NCBI GenBank assembly: GCA_963704755.1
Contig: OY969938.1
Location: 3,270,001-3,302,000 of the forward strand
DNA: 32,000 nt
Source: an uncultured Chloroflexia bacterium
Lineage (GTDB): Bacteria > Chloroflexota > Anaerolineae > Anaerolineales > Anaerolineaceae
Direction of reading: 5' to 3'
The notes under the pieces are model-generated. The model had not been told where the DNA came from. It searched no databases and saw only the letters and a program-made list of their open reading frames with translations. Every line of letters starts with the position of its first letter. The stretch's first letter is position 1. The position numbers and the translations under genes were made by a program. Positions 23,744 through 31,667 of the stretch are shown in pieces.

Positions 23744-25486
23744 ATGATTCCAAATTTCAAGCAAATGCAGATAAGATTGGGAAAGTCATTGGCTACAATC
23801 CATTTATCCACACCGGCGAACCCATTACGGTGGATTGTCGTGCCCGCTTATGGCGCAGGGTTGGATGAAGCCATTCGACAAGCGGGTCAGTCATTTTATA
23901 ACGCCCAACTCGGGGTCCTAGCCCTCCAGTTGGATGATCTGCGTGGCCCGGCCGCAGCGCAGCGGCTGCAGGCGGCCATGCATTGGCTGCGCAAACAGCC
24001 CGAGGCCCAGGGTCTGCCGGTGAGTTATTTCGGGGTGGACGTGGGCACGGCGGTGGCGCTGCAGGCCGTCAGCGGGGCAAACGACGTCGCCGCGGTGTTG
24101 TCCTGGAACGGCCGCCCGGAGCTGGCCTGGAAATACTTGCAGGCAGTTGAAACGCCGGTTTTGCTGATGGTGGATGAGCAGCAAAACTGGCTGCGTTACT
24201 GGGCCAACCAGGCGGTCAATGCGTATTTGGGCCCCACCTGCCGGTTGGAGAAAGTAGCCGGGGCGGATGAGATGGCCAATTTGGCCCTGGAGTGGATGAG
24301 CCAAAAAAGGCGGCGCATTTTAGCGGCTCAAAGCCCCCTGCTTTCGCACAAGCTTGCGACAGGGGTTGCGGCCCTTGCGCTGTGCGCCTCCCTGGCGACC
24401 ACGACATTGGCCAGTGCTATGCCGCAAACAACCACGCCGGTGACCAGCGCATCTTCGCCATTGGCATCCCTGGATCCTTTCTCGGATGGGGTTGCATTGG
24501 GAGCGGGAAGTATCGCCGGAGATGAGAGTGTCAACGTCTCCTACGCCAAGAAGAGCCCCAAGAATAAGCCTTCTTCGGGCGAGACCAAGTTGAAGGCTAC
24601 CGATGTGGCCGGAGATGGGGTCAAGCCGAACGCCACGGGGTCGATCTCATTGGTCGATAGCAGCCATTTTAAGTGGTTCGCCGATACCAATATCACATTC
24701 AGTACGTCCTCTTCGGCCAGCGGCGCCGTCAGCGAAGGGTCTTTCACCGCCCCGGTGAACGCGAGCACGATCAGCGGTGGTGCGACAGCTTCAACCTTGA
24801 ACGATGCCTTCGACGGCTACAATACCCTGATGATCAACGGTACACTTCCGGTAGCAACCGGAGGGTCTGACATCATCTATAACAAAAACGGCCCGGCTTC
24901 CCTGGAATGTTCGGATCGCCAGATTGTTTTCCCGGTACAGGTGGTAGATTTTCTGAGTGTACAGCGTAAGTTTTATGTCCCAACCGACGACAATTTTGCC
25001 CGTTGGGCGGATATCTATACCAATACCGGTACCGATCCAATCACCATCACCACGGGAGTGGGGAGTAACCTGGGCTCGGATTCGAATACGATCATTCTCA
25101 ACACATCGAGTGGTGACACCACCGCCGATCTTTCTGATCGATGGGTCACCAGTATGCAGAATTTTACGGGTACAACCTCCAGCGATCCACGCCTGGCGCA
25201 TGTCATTCAAGGCGAATCGCCGCGAGTTGGGGTAAGTGTGATCAACTTTGTGAACGGCGATGATAACCCTTATTGGGGCTACGAACTGACCATCCAGCCC
25301 GGCTCGATGGCGGTGATATTGAACTTCGCCGCTGCCCTGCCGAACAAGGCGTCGGCCGCAGCGAAGGCGGAATACCTCGCGGGTTTCCCCGCGCCGGCCA
25401 AGACATGCCTGACGAGCCAGGAACTGGCGGCGGTAGTCAACTTCAATGCGGAAACGAAGCTCTATTTCCCTTGGATATCAAAGTAG
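23744..25486 (+). CDS. membrane-anchored protein: degenerate alpha/beta (dienelactone-hydrolase-like) N-domain, one TM helix, and a ~350-aa extracytoplasmic domain of unknown family
   Basis: I prefer the ATG at 23744, which has a GGAGG RBS. The N-domain has GLPVSYFGVDVGTAVAL...WNGRPELA...PVLLMV. The TM segment is LATGVAALALCASLATTTLASA. A Ser/Thr-rich linker precedes a C-domain containing LNDAFDGYNTLMING. Confidence 0.7.
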   Translation: MIPNFKQMQIRLGKSLATIHLSTPANPLRWIVVPAYGAGLDEAIRQAGQSFYNAQLGVLALQLDDLRGPAAAQRLQAAMHWLRKQPEAQGLPVSYFGVDVGTAVALQAVSGANDVAAVLSWNGRPELAWKYLQAVETPVLLMVDEQQNWLRYWANQAVNAYLGPTCRLEKVAGADEMANLALEWMSQKRRRILAAQSPLLSHKLATGVAALALCASLATTTLASAMPQTTTPVTSASSPLASLDPFSDGVALGAGSIAGDESVNVSYAKKSPKNKPSSGETKLKATDVAGDGVKPNATGSISLVDSSHFKWFADTNITFSTSSSASGAVSEGSFTAPVNASTISGGATASTLNDAFDGYNTLMINGTLPVATGGSDIIYNKNGPASLECSDRQIVFPVQVVDFLSVQRKFYVPTDDNFARWADIYTNTGTDPITITTGVGSNLGSDSNTIILNTSSGDTTADLSDRWVTSMQNFTGTTSSDPRLAHVIQGESPRVGVSVINFVNGDDNPYWGYELTIQPGSMAVILNFAAALPNKASAAAKAEYLAGFPAPAKTCLTSQELAAVVNFNAETKLYFPWISK

Positions 25487-25502
25487 GTCTAAACTCTCCA
25501 GG

Positions 25503-25532
25503 AGGCAGGGCGATTGCAGCCTGCCTGCTTTT
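25503..25532 (+). terminator. Rho-independent terminator of the TIGR03032 operon
   Basis: The stem aggcagg (25503-25509) / cctgcct (25520-25526) is followed by gcTTTT. It lies 17 nt after the stop at 25486. Confidence 0.55.
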
Positions 25533-25558
25533 CGAGGGCAATTCCCCAAAGAATGGTT

Positions 25559-25601
25559 TTTTGAGTGTTATTGGAGGCGTAGCCCCCAATAACACTCAAA
25601 A
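25559..25601. repeat. palindromic element P6 (centre GCGTAGC)
   Basis: The sequence is ttttgagtgttattggaggc-gta-gcccccaataacactcaaaa, with one mismatch. Its arms are related to those of P1 (tttgagtgtg...). Confidence 0.75.
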
Positions 25602-25651
25602 TTATCTCTCTGTTGGGACTAAATTGGTATGATGCGATTGCCCTGATCCAG

Positions 25652-25683
25652 GAGGCTGTCTCAAAACAACTTTGGACAGCCTC
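25652..25683. repeat. hairpin with a conserved loop, sister of the one at 10054-10088
   Basis: The 9-bp stem gaggctgtc / gacagcctc has the loop tcaaaacaactttg. The copy at 10054-10088 has the same stem and loop sequence. Confidence 0.6.
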
Positions 25684-25766
25684 AATTCGCACATGTTTGG
25701 TAACTGCAAATTCCTTTTCGGACAACTTCCGGACCGAGAAGGCCTTTTTTCCTTGCCCGCGATGGG

Positions 25767-26189
25767 TTATCCGATTGGCTCAAACATCATGATGGGGATG
25801 TGGCGATCGGTCATTTTTTGATATTCCAAATAAGGCGGGTTGCGTTGGGTGGCGAATTCCCACAGGCGCTCATATTCCTCGCCCTGGGCTTCGTAGGCAG
25901 TCACAGGCAGGACTTTGCCTTTGACCTCCAGCCTGGCGTGCGGGTCTTTTTTGAGGTTGAGGTACCAATCCGCCTGCCGATCTTTTCCCCAATTCGAGGC
26001 CACGATCAAATAGCCGTTTTCGTAATTAAAATAGGCAATCGGGATGGCGCGGTCTTCGCCCGACTTGCGCCCGATGGTGTGCAGGATGAGGATGGTCTGC
26101 GTGCCCAGCTTGCTGCCCAGCCGCCCGCGGGTGAGTTTGAGAATAAAGGTATTGAACGACATAAACCATTTAATGAGCCTGTCTTTCAT
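25767..26189 (-). CDS. deazaflavin (F420)-dependent nitroreductase (DDN) family protein
   Basis: This 140-aa product contains LILHTIGRKSGEDRAIPIAYFNYENGYLIVASNWGKDRQADWYLNLKKDPHARLEV, the DDN family core. Confidence 0.8.
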   Translation of the reverse strand: MKDRLIKWFMSFNTFILKLTRGRLGSKLGTQTILILHTIGRKSGEDRAIPIAYFNYENGYLIVASNWGKDRQADWYLNLKKDPHARLEVKGKVLPVTAYEAQGEEYERLWEFATQRNPPYLEYQKMTDRHIPIMMFEPIG

Positions 26190-26475
26190 TGGACCGTCTT
26201 TTCCTTTTAATACCGAGTAAATCTATAGCCGGGTTGTCGAAGACCCTGCCGGTGTCTTTTTCGTAAAAACAATCACTATTATCAGTCTTTATTGTTAATT
26301 TTGCATTGGCAAAATGCAGCGCTTTCGGAAAATCTCTTAAAACCGGGTGGCCTGGTGCCATGTGTAGTACTTCATGCAACAAGACGGTGCGACCAAGGTC
26401 AGGGCATAGCATACCTTCCGTGGTCTTCTTCTCAGGGTGTCCTGAGCCTGTTATGCAATATAGGATATGTCCATA

Positions 26476-26770
26476 AAGGCAGCCTCGCCGGACTGGGCCG
26501 AACGAGGTGCCAAACTTTTCTCCGTGGCCTCTGTGCCTCCGTGGTTTTATTTGTAAAGGCGGCGCCGTAACGGTGCGTTCCGGGCACGCCTGAGACAGCA
26601 AAACGTGGTGATGATTCGCCAAAGCCCTGGATATCGGCCCTAAAACGCACCCTACGCCGGCGTTCTTTCTAAATATTTTTTCTTCTTCTTTTTTTCTTTT
26701 CTCTGTGAACTCTGTGCGCTCTGTGATTTTCTTTCCTTTCTCCGCGTGCTCTGCGCCTCTGCGGTGAAAC
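26476..26770 (+). repeat. modular repeat unit (C-like hairpin, A, B, A, A')
   Basis: The B hairpin lies at 26556-26658 and has a unique apex (tgagacagcaaaacgtggtgatgattcgccaaagc). The heptamer modules are ttctccgtggcctctgtgcctccgtggtt, ctctgtgaactctgtgcgctctgtg and ctccgcgtgctctgcgcctctgcggtg. Confidence 0.8.
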
Positions 26771-27069
26771 AACAGGTAGGGCGTACATTTATTATAATAA
26801 CGATCTACATTGTCTTGAAAGTGCTATAATCGTCAAAACTACCTAATCCGTTTTTGTAATTATGCTTTTCATTGTCGTTTGAGTTGACTCAATGTGCCGG
26901 CGGCGATTTAAAGCTTACAGGTTTGTTCAGGGGTCCATCCCAACTGCACCCGACATAATTCGATGTCGCGGTGCTTTTCGCCTACCCATGGAGAGCCGGC
27001 ACAGCAGACGTGGAAGGCCTGGGTGAAACAGGTGGTTTCGAATCATTATGGTTAGCAAGGAGGATCACT

Positions 27070-27834
27070 ATGGGAAAAACAATATTTGAAAAAGTCACCG
27101 CTGTTCGCCGGAGCGCAAGCGCTGCTCCCGGCCGGCAGACGGGAGTTCGATTCAGCCCGGCTCGACCGGTACTACTGGTTTCTGTGGCTATCGTCATGCT
27201 GCTTGCCGCCTGCTCTCCGGCGGCTACGTCCACGCCACAGCCGAGCGCCACGTCCGAACCGACGGCTACCGTGATGCCAACCGTCATACCCACCGCCATG
27301 CCCAGCACAGATACACCGGCGGCTACCCCTGACCAGTCCGGCACCACGATGGATATGACTGTGCAGTCCGTACCTACTTCAATCGACCCCTGCCAATTGA
27401 TCCCCAGCGCGGAAGCATCTTCTCTCGCCGGCGCTTCGTTCGGAGATGGTACGGAAAGCACGCTGTCTGGCGGAGGAAGAATGTGTACCTATGGCTCTCA
27501 GACCACGAGTATTTTTACCGTCGAGGTGGTACAGGCGGCGGATGTAAATGCGGCCGAAGCAGCCCAGGCCCAATTCGTCTCGGACCTCAATAGCAACATG
27601 CAGCAGATCTCCAGCGAAGGGATCACCGTCACCCAAATCCCGGACTTTGCGGATGGCGGGATCACCGGGAGCGTCAACCTCAACGCCGGAGGAGTATCGA
27701 TTGGCGGCAGCGCTTTCGGCTTCCGCAAAGGGACGATCTTCGTCGGGTTTAGCAGCGTGATTATGGGCAGCCCGGCGCTCAGTACCGACGTGATGCAAAA
27801 CGAAGCGACCACAGTTCTAGGACGGCTTCCGTGA
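27070..27834 (+). CDS. putative lipoprotein (DUF3558-like?)
   Basis: The ATG at 27070 has a GGAGG RBS. The signal peptide carries a lipobox (LLAAC at ...IVMLLAACSP). A Pro/Thr/Ser-rich linker and a ~170-aa globular domain with two Cys residues follow. Confidence 0.65.
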   Translation: MGKTIFEKVTAVRRSASAAPGRQTGVRFSPARPVLLVSVAIVMLLAACSPAATSTPQPSATSEPTATVMPTVIPTAMPSTDTPAATPDQSGTTMDMTVQSVPTSIDPCQLIPSAEASSLAGASFGDGTESTLSGGGRMCTYGSQTTSIFTVEVVQAADVNAAEAAQAQFVSDLNSNMQQISSEGITVTQIPDFADGGITGSVNLNAGGVSIGGSAFGFRKGTIFVGFSSVIMGSPALSTDVMQNEATTVLGRLP

Positions 27835-27859
27835 AAATTGAGTTTTGATCGGCATAAAA

Positions 27860-27897
27860 ACAGCGCGGCCCAAACTGAGCCGCGCTGTTTTTTTTTC
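27860..27897. terminator. bidirectional Rho-independent terminator
   Basis: The 10-bp stem acagcgcggc / gccgcgctgt is flanked by AAAAA upstream and TTTTTTTTT downstream. It sits between the convergent lipoprotein and SDR genes. Confidence 0.75.
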
Positions 27898-27912
27898 TGG
27901 TCAAATTTCTCT

Positions 27913-28800
27913 CTATGCCCCGGCGTGACTTTGCTCGATGTCGGCGACCAGGGTTGGGCCGACCGGCTCCCAACCCAACCAGCGGCGGGTGAGTGCGTTC
28001 GATGTGGGGTTGTCCACCGTGATCGCCATCGAGAGGAAGCCGAAGTGGGCGGCCGCTTCTTCGGGAGCGATACGGACCACCGGCACCTGCCAGCGCCGGC
28101 CGATGGCCTCGGCGATTTCGCGAACCGGTATGCCCTCCTCCCCGGCGCCATGCAGCCGCGAACCGGCCGGGGCCGATTCGAGCGCCAGCCGGAACAGGTG
28201 GGCCGCATCCAGCCGGTGGATAGCCGGCCAGCGATTCAGGCCATCGCCGACGTAGGCCGATACGCCTTTTTGGCGGGCAATGTTGGCCAACACGCTGCCA
28301 AAGCCCTGGCGGTTTTCATCGTGCACACAAGGCGCCAGCCTCACGATCGAGGAGCGTATCCCGCGTTCGGCCAGCGCGACCGTGGCGGTTTGCGAGGCCG
28401 TTCGTGGGGCTGCGCCGGCTTCGCGATCTTCTTCGGTCGCCGGGCGTCCCAAAGACGTGACCGCTAACGTCCCACCGGTGACCGCGAACGGCTTATTGGA
28501 GCCGGCCAGAGCATCTCCGATGGTTTCGATGGCGCGCAGATCGACGGCGGACGCTTCGGCGTAGTCGCTGAAATCGTGATTGAAGGCCAGGTGAATGACC
28601 CCGTCCGCGGCGACGGCAGCGCTGTGCAGGCTTTCGAGATCTTCGAGCGTGCCGCGTTGTACGGCTGCGCCGGCAGCCGTCAGGGCGGCTGCGGATTTAT
28701 CCGAGCGAGCCAGGCCGGTGACCTGGTGCCCGGCCTCGAGAAGTTCGTGGACCACTGCGGATCCGATGAATCCGGTTGCACCGGTAACAAATACTTTCAT
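27913..28800 (-). CDS. NAD(P)-binding SDR / NmrA-like family oxidoreductase
   Basis: The N-terminus is MKVFVTGATGFIGSAVVHELLEAGHQVTGLARS (Rossmann motif TGxxGxxG). I prefer the ATG at 28800, which has a GGAGGA RBS, over the longer ORF to 28875. Confidence 0.85.
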   Translation of the reverse strand: MKVFVTGATGFIGSAVVHELLEAGHQVTGLARSDKSAAALTAAGAAVQRGTLEDLESLHSAAVAADGVIHLAFNHDFSDYAEASAVDLRAIETIGDALAGSNKPFAVTGGTLAVTSLGRPATEEDREAGAAPRTASQTATVALAERGIRSSIVRLAPCVHDENRQGFGSVLANIARQKGVSAYVGDGLNRWPAIHRLDAAHLFRLALESAPAGSRLHGAGEEGIPVREIAEAIGRRWQVPVVRIAPEEAAAHFGFLSMAITVDNPTSNALTRRWLGWEPVGPTLVADIEQSHAGA

Positions 28801-29012
28801 GGTTATTTCCTCCAAATACTTAATTGATGGTTCCGATTGTGGGGGGGTGGCGGGCGAAGCCCGCCACCCCCCCACATATATTTGATAATGCCGCTTATTG
28901 CATTTCTCGCAAGTGTATAATTAAGGTCATCTTTGTACCAGAGCAGCGTTTATCCTGGGACCGGCACTCCCAGTTTCCGTTTTTGCGAGGAAGTAGAGCA
29001 GGTTAGAAGGAT

Positions 29013-29897
29013 ATGGACCCAGTGGAATTAGACCGCCATCACGAATTGGCCGATTTCTTGCGTAACCGCCGCGCGCGTTTGTCGCCGGAACAGGTAGGGC
29101 TGCCCAGGGGGACGCGCAGGCGCACACCCGGCTTGCGGCGCGGCGAGGTGGCCCAACTGGCCGGGGTAAGCCCGGAGTGGTATACCTGGCTGGAGCAGGG
29201 GCGGGACATCAACGTCTCGGTGCAATTACTGGAAAGCCTGGCGCGGGCGCTGCAATTGGACGCGAGCGAACGCGACCATTTGTTTTTACTGGCCCTCAAA
29301 CAGCCGCCGCCGGTCGAGACCTACGCAGCGCCCACCATCGGCCCGGCATTGCAGCAGTTCATCGACCAGCTTCTGATGCCGGCCGTTATAATCGACGCGC
29401 GCATGAACGTGATGGCCTGGAATGCAGCCCACAGCGTCGTCTTTGGTGACTATGACCTGTCTTCCGAGCGCAGCCGCAACCTGATGTGGCGATCGTTTGC
29501 GTTCCCCTCGGGGTATAAAGGCGAGCAGTGGGAGGGGCTGTTACGCGCCTACGTGGCCCAATTTCGCGCAGAGTACGGCCGTTTTATCAACGACCCGTGG
29601 TGGACCGGCCTGATCGCCGAATTGAACCAGGTCAGCCCGAAGTTCCGCGAACTGTGGGCCCGCCACGATGTGTTCAATGTCTCCGAAGGGCATAAGACCA
29701 TACACAACTCACTGGTCGGTGAGTTGGTTTTCGATTTTCTCTTCTTCCAGGCGGGCGATTCTTCCGATCTGCGGGTTATGGTGCACACACCCCGGAACGG
29801 TTCTGGGACCGCCGAAAAAGTCAGGCGGCTGCTGGACCTCAAAGGCCAAGCGTACGGGCCGGTAGGCGAATTGTCTGCCTCGGCTCAACGTGAGTGA
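29013..29897 (+). CDS. MmyB-like helix-turn-helix (XRE family) transcriptional regulator
   Basis: LADFLRNRRARLSPEQVGLP...RRTPGLRRGEVAQLAGVSPEWYTWLEQGRDINVS..LLESLARALQL...ERDHLF is the signature N-terminus of MmyB-like regulators. The gene is divergent from an SDR gene, as is common for this family. Confidence 0.85.
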   Translation: MDPVELDRHHELADFLRNRRARLSPEQVGLPRGTRRRTPGLRRGEVAQLAGVSPEWYTWLEQGRDINVSVQLLESLARALQLDASERDHLFLLALKQPPPVETYAAPTIGPALQQFIDQLLMPAVIIDARMNVMAWNAAHSVVFGDYDLSSERSRNLMWRSFAFPSGYKGEQWEGLLRAYVAQFRAEYGRFINDPWWTGLIAELNQVSPKFRELWARHDVFNVSEGHKTIHNSLVGELVFDFLFFQAGDSSDLRVMVHTPRNGSGTAEKVRRLLDLKGQAYGPVGELSASAQRE

Positions 29898-29924
29898 GGC
29901 CGGCCGCAGGCTACAGTTGGTTTT

Positions 29925-30722
29925 TTATGTAAGTGCGTTCGCATCGGCCTTGTAGCCGGCTGCCTTCAACTCACGCACCAGCTCGAATTTCCAATTGTCG
30001 CGATTGTCGAAGGGCACGAACAACACGTCCGAGAAATTCAAGGGTGTCTCGAATTTATCCGCTTCTTTATGAATGACGACGACCCGGTTCTTGCCCAGTT
30101 TTCCGAGAAAGAAACCGAGTTCAAAAACTACATTCTGCTTTGTGCGATAGCGGGCCGTGGCGGGGTCTTCGCCGACCTTGTAGGCAAGATCGTCGGGGGA
30201 GAGTAAGATCACAGCAAACGAGGATTTTTCCCTGTAATCCATGAGTTTCTCAATTACGGCCCGGCCATTGTTGGGCTGCTCGTGCAGAATCAGCGGCTTG
30301 AGCCCCAATTTTTCCAGCGTTTGGGCGATGGACTGCTTCATCGCCTCATCGTAGCCATGCACCACGAAAATAGACTGTTGAATGAGCTGGTCGGTGCGAT
30401 CCAAGACCACCTGTTCGCCTTCGGTAATTACGCCGCCGAACAGGGTCAGGTCTTCGATCATGGTCTTGATCAGGTTCTGTAACTCGAATTTACCGCTGTT
30501 CCAGGCCGGCCGTTCATCTTCTTCGGTCATCCCGGAAAACCAGACCACCGGTGAAAACCGGATATCGGCAAGTTCCTTGAGATAATTGCTGTTATCCCCG
30601 AAGATTCTCCTGGTGAGCATTTCGGTCCGGCGCCGGCAGGTATCCAGCTTGTCTTCGGCTTTGAATTCCAGCGCATCGATTTCTGTACGAAGGTCTTCCA
30701 GTAGTTCAAGTTCCTTGCTCAT
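29925..30722 (-). CDS. TIR-like nucleotide-binding protein (COG4271 / CAP12-Pycsar effector TIR family) with a ~115-aa N-terminal helical domain
   Basis: The C-terminal domain is IFVVHGYDEAMKQSIAQTLEKLGLKPLILHEQPNNGRAVIEKL....FAVILLSPDD...RTKQNVVFELGFFLGKLGKNRVVVI. I prefer the ATG at 30722, which has a GGAGG RBS. Confidence 0.8.
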   Translation of the reverse strand: MSKELELLEDLRTEIDALEFKAEDKLDTCRRRTEMLTRRIFGDNSNYLKELADIRFSPVVWFSGMTEEDERPAWNSGKFELQNLIKTMIEDLTLFGGVITEGEQVVLDRTDQLIQQSIFVVHGYDEAMKQSIAQTLEKLGLKPLILHEQPNNGRAVIEKLMDYREKSSFAVILLSPDDLAYKVGEDPATARYRTKQNVVFELGFFLGKLGKNRVVVIHKEADKFETPLNFSDVLFVPFDNRDNWKFELVRELKAAGYKADANALT

Positions 30723-31146
30723 TTCGCCTCCAGAGGTAAACATTTTCCCCGCGCAAATGTTTGGAAAATCCGCCTAAAGGTTTATGTTACTGAGAACTGG
30801 GTGGACGGCAAAATGCTTGAGATTGGTCAGAACGCCAATGCAAGAAAATACTCAAGACGGTAACGAAACCCATCCGATCAGTTTGTTGAATGCGGTTAAT
30901 AAGAGATGGCAAGGTGTGGCCAGGTCTGCGATTTTGCGTCCCCGGGCAACGCGAGCGGAATTGGCCACACCATTTTTGTACAAATCGAAGGGCTATTTAA
31001 AAGCCCCTTTTCTATACAAATTATACAATTTATTTCCCGAATTAATCCAAACGATTTCCTTACTGCTAAATCACCGCCCGCTGCGAACAACCGGAAAGGA
31101 CACCAGGCCACACCATCTTTTTGTGCCAGTGCACCAGTGAGGACCG

Positions 31147-31632
31147 TTATTCTACTCCGCGGCTTTGATTTGCACCCAATTCCAGGAGCAATTCTGCTAT
31201 TTCTCGACCGCGCGCGTTGGCAAAACCCATGGATTCGCCGATAATTATGAAGCCACATTTTTCCAGCACACGCCGTGAACCAGGGTTGTCTTTTGCCACT
31301 CGTGCGTAAATCGGACGAGTTTTATTGTCGTGGGCTAGAAATTCTGTCAGTGCCCAGGTGGCAATACCCTTGCCCCAAAATTCCCTGCCAAGCCAATAAG
31401 TAACTTCCGGCCTGCCTTCATCTTCGTAACTTGAGACACTCCCGGCAGTTTTTCCATTAAAAATGACGGTCCGGATAATATTATTTTCGTCGGCCAGAAT
31501 CCGGTGCCAGTGGGCCATAAAGGCCTCCCGTTCGTTGGGGTCCCGGGCAGTGAAAGCTGCCATGGTATTTGCTTCCGGATCGAGCTGCTGCTCAAAGAAG
31601 ATCGGCAGATCATCGGCAGCAACAGCGCGCAA
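31147..31632 (-). CDS. GNAT family N-acetyltransferase
   Basis: WLGREFWGKGIATWALTEFLAH....IYARVAKDNPGSRRVLEKCGF is the acetyl-CoA binding motif A region. The start is a TTG and is uncertain. Confidence 0.8.
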   Translation of the reverse strand: MRAVAADDLPIFFEQQLDPEANTMAAFTARDPNEREAFMAHWHRILADENNIIRTVIFNGKTAGSVSSYEDEGRPEVTYWLGREFWGKGIATWALTEFLAHDNKTRPIYARVAKDNPGSRRVLEKCGFIIIGESMGFANARGREIAELLLELGANQSRGVE

Positions 31633-31667
31633 GAGAAGCTCGTTTGGCTTGCGATATTCTTCCGGCG

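Noticed and set aside
26982-28467. Long overlapping ORFs 26982..27461 (-), 27379..27798 (-), 27498..28208 (-) and 27838..28467 (+).
   Set aside because: They are antisense or alternative frames of the lipoprotein and SDR genes. The translations are Arg/Pro/Ala/Gly-rich. The annotated frames carry clear lipobox and Rossmann motifs and have good RBSs.
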